From Ferroglobus placidus DSM 10642 (GTDB lineage: Archaea; Halobacteriota; Archaeoglobi; Archaeoglobales; Archaeoglobaceae): a stretch of 32,000 bases of DNA. Shown here one piece after another: positions 25,658-32,000 of the stretch. The notes under the pieces are model-generated. The model saw only the letters and a program-made list of their open reading frames with translations, made no database searches and was not told where the DNA came from. A program made the translations under genes and the position numbers. Each line of letters opens with the position of its first letter. Positions within the stretch are counted from its first letter, which is position 1. The stretch is from the NCBI RefSeq assembly GCF_000025505.1, contig NC_013849.1:51250-83249 (forward strand). Reading direction: 5' to 3'.

Positions 25658-27331
25658 ATGATCGGAAGCAGACTTGCCGAAGTTTACAGAAGTTTGATAA
25701 ACGTTGCGATGGGAAGGGAAAAAGCGGATCTCTTAATCGAAAACTGCAACATCGTGGATGTTATAAGCGGGGATATTTTCGAGGGAAGTATTGCAATTAA
25801 AGGAGACAGAATAGCTCTCGTCGGTGAGAAAGTTGACGCCTACGAATTTTTCGACGCAAAAGGGCTTTACGCCGTTCCGGGATTTATTGATGCTCACGCA
25901 CACCCGGATTTTTACCTAACCCTCCCGGAGTATTCGAGTTTGGCAGTTAAACACGGAACAACAACGCTATTTTCCGAATGCGACGCAGCTTTAAATGCTC
26001 TTGGAACAGAAGGATTCGAGCTCTTCGTCAAGTGGGCGAGGGAATGTCCAGCTAGAATATATATAAACATCCCCTACATATTCCCTCAGGATCCGGCTGT
26101 CGAGGATGCTAACTTCGAGATAAGCTACGAGGAACTTGCTGAGATAGCCGGAGATCTTTTGGTTGGACTCGGCGAAGTTCTGTCTTGGAGCGGAGTTATT
26201 TCATTGGATGAGCAAATTCTGAAAAAGATCGACTTCGCGTTGGAAAAAGACCTCGTAGTTCTCGGACACACTGCCGGTGCTAAAAGGAACAAGCTGCAAG
26301 CGTATTCCATTATCGCAGGTTCCTGTCACGAAGCAATAACTCAAGAGGAAGCTCTGGAGAAGCTTAGGAGCGGCTTGCACTTAATGGTTAGGGAGGGGTC
26401 GATAAGGAGCGATCTGGGCATAATTAAAGGGATAAAAAACGTCGACAAATCCTGGATTTCAATTGTTTCCGACGGAGTCGATCCGAGGAAACTTGTGGGG
26501 GGTTACATGGATTCAATAGCGAGAAAGGCTGTTGAACTTGGGTTAGATCCGATAGATGTGCTGAGGATGATCACGGTGAATCCGGCGAAATACTACGGAA
26601 TGGAGAGAGATCTTGGCATAATCGCTCCTCCGAGATACGCTGACATAGTTTTGCTGAAAAGCCTTGAAAAGTTTGAGGTTGAGAGAGTTTTCGTTGGGGG
26701 AAAGATTCCGAAGGAGGCGAAGACGAAAGATGAACCTTACAGCGTCATGAACGTTGAGAAGATTGAAAGAGAGGACTTAAAGATTGACGCCGATGGAAAC
26801 GTTAAAATCAGGATGATGCGCCTTGTCACCGAGAGCGTAACAAAGGAGGTTATCAGAGAGGTGGAGGTGAAAAACGGAGAGACGGATTTCTGTAAAGCTG
26901 TTTTGGTGGACAGGTTTAAAGGAAACAGAATAGTTATCGGGTTGATCGAAAACCTCGAAATGGAAGGCACAGTTTCTTCAACCTTCAACTTCGACGAGTA
27001 CAATATTCTGACCATAGGCAGAGACTACGACGAGATAGCTAAGACGACGAACAAACTCATAAAAATGGGTGGGGGGATAATTTACTCCGGAAAAACAAAC
27101 GTAGAGCTAAGGTTACCCTACGGAGGAGTTATGAGCAACGATGTTGGGGATGTAATCCAGAAACTCGAAAAGCTGAATGAAGTTTTAAAAGACGATGGCT
27201 TCGAATTCGAAAATCCATTGAACGTGCTGTACTTCCTAACTTTCGTAACGCTGCCTGAATTGAAGATCAGCAATAAAGGATTGGTGAAGGTCAAGGAGAG
27301 GAAGATCGTGCCGCTTATAGTGGAAAGTTGA
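25658..27331 (+). CDS. Divergent adenine deaminase-like amidohydrolase
   Basis: ADLLIENCNIVDVISGDIFEGSIAIKGDRIALVG, VPGFIDAHAHPDFYL, TTLFSECDAALNALG, VLGHTAG, VSDG; ade-like C-terminal domain. Metal-site motifs deviate from canonical Ade. Confidence 0.75.
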   Translation: MIGSRLAEVYRSLINVAMGREKADLLIENCNIVDVISGDIFEGSIAIKGDRIALVGEKVDAYEFFDAKGLYAVPGFIDAHAHPDFYLTLPEYSSLAVKHGTTTLFSECDAALNALGTEGFELFVKWARECPARIYINIPYIFPQDPAVEDANFEISYEELAEIAGDLLVGLGEVLSWSGVISLDEQILKKIDFALEKDLVVLGHTAGAKRNKLQAYSIIAGSCHEAITQEEALEKLRSGLHLMVREGSIRSDLGIIKGIKNVDKSWISIVSDGVDPRKLVGGYMDSIARKAVELGLDPIDVLRMITVNPAKYYGMERDLGIIAPPRYADIVLLKSLEKFEVERVFVGGKIPKEAKTKDEPYSVMNVEKIEREDLKIDADGNVKIRMMRLVTESVTKEVIREVEVKNGETDFCKAVLVDRFKGNRIVIGLIENLEMEGTVSSTFNFDEYNILTIGRDYDEIAKTTNKLIKMGGGIIYSGKTNVELRLPYGGVMSNDVGDVIQKLEKLNEVLKDDGFEFENPLNVLYFLTFVTLPELKISNKGLVKVKERKIVPLIVES

Positions 27332-27426
27332 CTCCGTAAATTTTATCTTAGCTTGAGATTTCAAATAATTATTAATTAATTTTATTAAAGCAAACAATTT
27401 AAATAGATTCCCGGCAAGAAGTCGTC

Positions 27427-29223
27427 ATGGGTTTTGAGGAGAAGGCTGAGAGGGATTTGGAAGAGGGAGGAATAGGTGATGTCTTAACTCAAAAGCACGA
27501 AATCAAGCATAGGTACACGAAAAGGCAGAAAATATCTTTATTCTTCGGAATTCTGTTATTCTTGGCTGTAATCCTCATGCCAACTCCCGCTACATTTGCA
27601 GAGTCGGCTCTGAAAAACTCCGAACTTCCGAAGGACTTAGTTTCGGAGATGGGAAAGCTCGGCTACGCCGAGGTTGAAGGGGGCAAGATAAAAAAAGTAA
27701 AGGATGTTGAGGCGGCTCTTTCTTACCTCAAGGAGAGAAGTCCGGAGAGTTACGAAAAAGTCGTAAAGAAAGCTAACGACATGAAAAGCGTCACGGCTTT
27801 AACGATCCTGATGGCTGTATGGTGGATTGGAGAAGCGATTCCGCTGCCAGCTACAGCTTTACTCCCCTTAGTCGCTCTACCAGTTCTTGGAGTTAGCAAG
27901 ATTAACGAAGTTGCCCCGAATTACGCCTCAAATGTGATTTTCCTCTTTATGGGAGGTTTCATGATCGCAGCAGCTATGATGAAGTGGAACCTTCACAGAA
28001 GACTTGCGTTGATAATAGTTAATGCGATGGGCACGAGTCCAAAAAGGATTATTCTCGGTTTTATGGTAGCAACGGCTTTCCTCAGCATGTGGATTTCCAA
28101 TACCGCTACGACGATGATGATGATGCCGATCGGTCTGTCGATAATTTTGCACATCGCAAAGGTTGGAGAGGAGTTGAAGAGAAAGGGAGAAATAAAAGGA
28201 GTTGACTTTAGAGCTGGCAGATTTAGATTTGGCACAGCTCTAATGCTCGGAATAGCCTACGCAGCATCGATAGGAGGGGTTGCAACGATAATAGGAACTC
28301 CGCCTAACGCTGTTTTTGTCGGGACACTTCCAAAGCTCTTCCCGAATGCTCCGGAAGTAACCTTCGTGGACTGGCTTTTTATAGGACTTCCAGTGTCAGC
28401 GATAATGCTTCTCCTGACTTGGATCGTCCTTGTGTACGTTCTGAACAAGCCGGAAATTGACGAAATTCCCGGAGGAAAGGAGTTAATAAGAAAGGAGCTG
28501 GAAAAGCTCGGTGCTTGGAGTAGGGGAGAAAAGATCGTTCTTTCTGTCTTCATTCTTACCGCTCTCGCATGGATTAACAGCAAACCGAAAAACATAGCGG
28601 GAGTAATTATTCCAGGAATTTCGAGCTATCTGCCCTTCGTGAACGATTACGTCATAGCGATGGCGGCTGCCATAGCTCTTTTCCTTATTCCGGTGGACTT
28701 AAAAAGAGGAGAATTCGCTCTCGACTGGGATCACGCCAAGGACATCCCGTGGGGCATCTTACTTCTCTTCGGAGGTGGAATAGCGTTGAGTAAAGCTTTC
28801 ACGTCCTCCGGACTTGCAAGCTGGTTGGCTGAGCAGCTTTTATTTTTAAAAGGTGCACCAACGATTCTCGTAATTCTTGCGGTGGTAACGCTTGTGATAT
28901 TTCTCACCGAGATGACGTCCAATACAGCAATAGCAACTCTGATGATGCCCATAATGGCTGGATTTGCCTTGGCTATGGGGGAAGATCCGAGAGCATTCAT
29001 GATTCCGGCAACGATAGCAGCGAGCTTCGCCTTCATGCTTCCGGTAGCGACGCCGCCAAATGCAATAGTCTTCGGGACTGGCTACGTGACAGTTCCTCAA
29101 ATGGTGAGAAACGGTTTTCTGCTGAACGTTATCGGCATAGCTCTCGTGACGACTCTTTGCTACCTTTTACTTCCAGTAGTCTTCGACGTAACTTGGGGTG
29201 TTAAGCCCGAATGGGTTCCCTGA
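27427..29223 (+). CDS. DASS/SLC13-family anion:Na+ symporter
   Basis: WWIGEAIPLPATALLPLVALPVLG, AFLSMWISNTATTMMMMPI, GIPPNAVFVGT-like ATIIGTPPNAVFVG, LTEMTSNTAIATLMMPIM, ATPPNAIVFGTGY. Confidence 0.92.
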   Translation: MGFEEKAERDLEEGGIGDVLTQKHEIKHRYTKRQKISLFFGILLFLAVILMPTPATFAESALKNSELPKDLVSEMGKLGYAEVEGGKIKKVKDVEAALSYLKERSPESYEKVVKKANDMKSVTALTILMAVWWIGEAIPLPATALLPLVALPVLGVSKINEVAPNYASNVIFLFMGGFMIAAAMMKWNLHRRLALIIVNAMGTSPKRIILGFMVATAFLSMWISNTATTMMMMPIGLSIILHIAKVGEELKRKGEIKGVDFRAGRFRFGTALMLGIAYAASIGGVATIIGTPPNAVFVGTLPKLFPNAPEVTFVDWLFIGLPVSAIMLLLTWIVLVYVLNKPEIDEIPGGKELIRKELEKLGAWSRGEKIVLSVFILTALAWINSKPKNIAGVIIPGISSYLPFVNDYVIAMAAAIALFLIPVDLKRGEFALDWDHAKDIPWGILLLFGGGIALSKAFTSSGLASWLAEQLLFLKGAPTILVILAVVTLVIFLTEMTSNTAIATLMMPIMAGFALAMGEDPRAFMIPATIAASFAFMLPVATPPNAIVFGTGYVTVPQMVRNGFLLNVIGIALVTTLCYLLLPVVFDVTWGVKPEWVP

Positions 29224-29227
29224 TTTT

Positions 29228-29884
29228 TTACCTTATTTTTCTTCCTCTGAAAGCGTCGTAAATTCTTCTCGCGTATTTCTCCCCTATTCCTTCGACTCTC
29301 ATGAGTTCGTAGAGTGAGGCGTTGGCAATTCTCTGCAAGTTTCCGAACTTTTCAAGAAGTCTTTTTGCTCTTTCCTCCCCTATTCCGGGAATTGCCGTTA
29401 GCATCGCTATTTGATAATCTTCCTTAGCTTTCACTCTCGGAAAAACTCTCAGCTCTCCTTTTCTTATCTTCGAATCTATGTACTTTAAAGCGAGGATAGA
29501 ATCGAACTCGTTCTCAAAAGTTATCGGAACTACTTGCCCCTTTTCTTTCTTCACGGCCAAAGATATAAGAGCTCCTATGACTGCTTCTCTCCTTATCTCC
29601 CTCCTCACAAGAACTTCTTCAATCGAGCCGATTATAAATATAAAGCTCAAGTTGTACCTTGAGGAGAGCAAGTAGTGCTGTCTGAAAATTCTGCCGTCGA
29701 TCGTTGAATTCACGAAGTCTTCTGCAGATTTTCTTTCGACGGCAACTTCGTAACTTTCGTGAACAACGAGGAAATCTCCAACCTCAAGTCTCCTGATTTC
29801 GTACTCAACTCCCGCTTCTTCAAGCATTCTGAAAACTTTTTCTGGCTCTCTGTCATCGACGAATATCATAAAAAGCCTCCGCAA
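29228..29884 (-). CDS. XPF/ERCC4-family structure-specific nuclease without helicase domain
   Basis: VDDREP...ERKSAEDFVNSTIDGRIFRQ nuclease motif, then tandem HhH (AIPGIGEERAKRLLEKFG, RVEGIGEKYARRIYDAFRG). Confidence 0.92.
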   Translation of the reverse strand: MRRLFMIFVDDREPEKVFRMLEEAGVEYEIRRLEVGDFLVVHESYEVAVERKSAEDFVNSTIDGRIFRQHYLLSSRYNLSFIFIIGSIEEVLVRREIRREAVIGALISLAVKKEKGQVVPITFENEFDSILALKYIDSKIRKGELRVFPRVKAKEDYQIAMLTAIPGIGEERAKRLLEKFGNLQRIANASLYELMRVEGIGEKYARRIYDAFRGRKIR

Positions 29885-31463
29885 TCTTCTCGTATACTTC
29901 TTTTTCTCTACCTTTCGAAGTTCTTCTGAGCTTTTCGACTATCAGTTCCGGAGTGCTTCTACCTATTTTTCCGAAGATCGGTTGCCTGTTCACGATCAAT
30001 CTGAAATTCTCATCCAAACCAACAGCTTCAATTCCGTCTACCCTCACAAAATCCAGCTTCGAAAGCTCCTCGCCGAGATGAGATACGACGATTGCGTAAT
30101 CTCCAGCGGAGTGGATAAGTTCGAGGATCTTTTTCAGAATTTTAACCGCCGCACCCGGTTCTGTTATCGCTTCGAACTCGTCTACGAGAATTAACTTTCT
30201 GCCTTTACTCGAAATTGCTCTGGCAAAAGACTTTATCGTGTTTTCAAACGCCCCACTTCCGTAGCTCATTTTCTTCCTCTTGAAAAAGAAGAGCTCATCG
30301 AAAACCCGTACTTCTGCTCTTTCTGCATTCACCGGCAAACCCATGTGAGCTAATATCACAATTTGGCAAACGAGTTCAAGCAACGACGTTTTTCCTCCGC
30401 TGTTAGCTCCAGTTAATATTGCAATTCTGTTTCTCTCATCTAAGTAGTAGTCTATCGGCTGGGGATTATCTATGAACAGATTTTTTCCTTTGAATATTCT
30501 TAGTCCCTCACCTATTTCAGGGAAAGCGAAATCCTGAAGAACTTTGTAGAGTGCCAGCGACCTGTACTTCTTTATTTTTTCATTCAAACCCTTTAGGTCG
30601 TACTTTTCAACGATCCTCCTGCATGCGAAATAAAAGTCGATCGCATGCCTCTCTTCAAGCTTTTTCTTCAATTCTCTCAACTTCTCCTCGTTCACTTCGA
30701 TAGGGTAGCTGATTGTGAACACGTTTTCGTAGATTCCAAATTTTTCGTAGATTTTTTCCTCAGCGGCTTTTACCTCCTCCTCTATCACGTCCCTTATTTT
30801 TTCGAAAGCCCTCTCAGCGAGAGACAGAACTTCTTTTCCACTTAGAATTATCTTAACGTTCTCAAGCCTTTCCTCTATCCTTTCGTTGAGCTGAACGAGA
30901 ATTTCGTGAACAGCAGTTTCCATCTCTTCAACTTCCTTAACTCTTTCGTACAACTCTTTAACTCTCTCAACTTCTTCGAGAATTTTGGCTACCTCCTCCT
31001 TTCCGTCTACCTTCTTTTCCATTTCCGAAAGCAGCTTTAAAGAGTGTAGATTCTGAAGGAGAGGCACGACGAAAATTTCAGGTGCGAGGTGCTCTATTTT
31101 CGGCTCGGCTTCGATGTCGTAGTTTAGGAGCAGAGTAAAAGGAGCTGGGGAGAATCGAACCTCGCAAACCCCTATTTTTAAAGCCTTTTCGTACTCGTCC
31201 TCGTCTTTAGCGATGTAGCATCGATCTTCGAAAAATCTCTTTTTGAATTCGAAGTAACTGAGTTTCGTTAGATCCTCGAAGCTAACTTTCTGAGCTTTTT
31301 CTATTAGTTCTTTCACGACTTTTTGCCTTTTCAGAATTTCCTCTCTATCGGAGACCAAATCGAACTTTTTCAACTCTTCTTCTGCTTCTCTCACCTTTGC
31401 CTCAGTTTTTAGGTAGTTTACAACTTTTCCGTAGATTTCTCTCGCGTCACCCCTTAATTTCAC
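29853..31463 (-). CDS. MutS-related ATPase (archaeal MutS-like, no mismatch-binding domain)
   Basis: GANSGGKTSLLELVCQIVILAHMGLPVNAE Walker A region, GSGAFENTIKSFARAISSKGRKLILVDEFEAITEPGAAVKIL Walker B region; 536 aa. Confidence 0.88.
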   Translation of the reverse strand: MKLRGDAREIYGKVVNYLKTEAKVREAEEELKKFDLVSDREEILKRQKVVKELIEKAQKVSFEDLTKLSYFEFKKRFFEDRCYIAKDEDEYEKALKIGVCEVRFSPAPFTLLLNYDIEAEPKIEHLAPEIFVVPLLQNLHSLKLLSEMEKKVDGKEEVAKILEEVERVKELYERVKEVEEMETAVHEILVQLNERIEERLENVKIILSGKEVLSLAERAFEKIRDVIEEEVKAAEEKIYEKFGIYENVFTISYPIEVNEEKLRELKKKLEERHAIDFYFACRRIVEKYDLKGLNEKIKKYRSLALYKVLQDFAFPEIGEGLRIFKGKNLFIDNPQPIDYYLDERNRIAILTGANSGGKTSLLELVCQIVILAHMGLPVNAERAEVRVFDELFFFKRKKMSYGSGAFENTIKSFARAISSKGRKLILVDEFEAITEPGAAVKILKKILELIHSAGDYAIVVSHLGEELSKLDFVRVDGIEAVGLDENFRLIVNRQPIFGKIGRSTPELIVEKLRRTSKGREKEVYEKIAEAFYDIRR

Positions 31464-31494
31464 GGAAAAAATTAGCTAAAATTGGGATAAAAAC

Positions 31495-32000
31495 TTAATC
31501 GAAGGCAGCTTCATAGACGAGTTCGATTACGTCCTTAACTTCAATTCTGTCGTCGAGTTTCTGCGTTTTAACGCCGTCCTCAAGCATTATTGCACAGAAC
31601 GGGCAAGCTACAGCCAGTATCTCTGCCCCAGTTTCTGCCGCCTCCCTCGCTCTTATGTTGTTCGGTCGATCCTCTCCGGGATATTCTCTCACGAGGTTCC
31701 CACCCCCGCCACCGCAGCAGAAGGATCTTTCTCTGTTCCTCGGCATTTCCACGAGCTCAATTCCCGGAATGCTTTTCAGGATCTCTCTTGGAAGATCGTA
31801 AATTCCGTTCCACCTTCCAAGGTAGCAGGGATCGTGGAAGGTCACCTTCTTGTTTATCTCCTTCTTGAACTTTAGCCTCCCGTCTTTTATAGCTTCGAGG
31901 ATGACTTCGAGCACGAATTTAGTGTTAATCTCGTACTCGTTTTTGAAGGTGTTGTAGCAGTGGGGGGAAACGGATATTAGCTTTTCAACTCCGTACTTCT
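31495..32000 (-). CDS. Cysteine-rich CCG-domain Fe-S oxidoreductase (HdrD/GlpC-like), partial, 5' end outside window
   Basis: Open frame continues to the window edge: ...KYGVEKLISVSPHCYNTFKNEYEINTKFVLEVILEA...VTFHDPCYLGR...SFCCGGGGGN...ILAVACPFCAIML, i.e. CCG domain motifs. Confidence 0.88.
   Translation of the reverse strand, partial: KYGVEKLISVSPHCYNTFKNEYEINTKFVLEVILEAIKDGRLKFKKEINKKVTFHDPCYLGRWNGIYDLPREILKSIPGIELVEMPRNRERSFCCGGGGGNLVREYPGEDRPNNIRAREAAETGAEILAVACPFCAIMLEDGVKTQKLDDRIEVKDVIELVYEAAFD

Noticed and set aside
29478-30845. Plus-strand ORFs of 65-70 aa
   Set aside because: Antisense to the XPF-like and MutS-like genes without motifs.
1-32000. CRISPR array, tRNA or rRNA genes
   Set aside because: Read through for regularly spaced repeats and tRNA-like T-loop/anticodon patterns and did not find any; a tRNAscan/CRT run would be needed to be certain.

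Overview
This 32 kb window looks like an archaeal chromosome segment, probably from the Archaeoglobales (Ferroglobus/Geoglobus type). That assignment is my inference from gene content and style; no rRNA is present. Main contents: (1) 0-3.3 kb: partial TctA/DUF112-type membrane transporter, two small hypotheticals, a TPD-motif (CDIN1-like) nuclease family protein and an SDH_sah/ClpP-fold protease-like protein. (2) 3.3-6.9 kb: two different mobile elements. One is a 1214-bp DDE-type IS with a DUF2080-like accessory ORF, near-perfect 17-bp TIRs and a 9-bp target duplication. The other is an IS607-type tnpA/tnpB element that splits a CPBP-family intramembrane protease gene. Its TnpB seems to lack the canonical third RuvC aspartate. 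(3) 7.1-13.4 kb: a complete LivKHMGF-type ABC importer followed by an acyl/aryl-CoA ligase. (4) 13.4-23.5 kb: the most interesting part. It holds split PEP-synthase-like genes matching the phenylphosphate synthase PpsA/PpsB layout, an Lrp-like and a TrmB-type regulator, a Nudix protein, and a UbiD-like (de)carboxylase + PpcD-like HAD + benzoate-CoA-ligase-family enzyme + UbiX block. This is consistent with a compact anaerobic phenol or aromatic ring-carboxylation island. (5) 23.5-29.2 kb: molybdopterin oxidoreductase, a divergent adenine-deaminase-like amidohydrolase and a DASS/SLC13 carrier. (6) 29.2-32 kb: helicase-less XPF/ERCC4 nuclease, MutS-like ATPase and a partial CCG-domain (HdrD-like) Fe-S protein. 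I found no CRISPR array, rRNA or tRNA.
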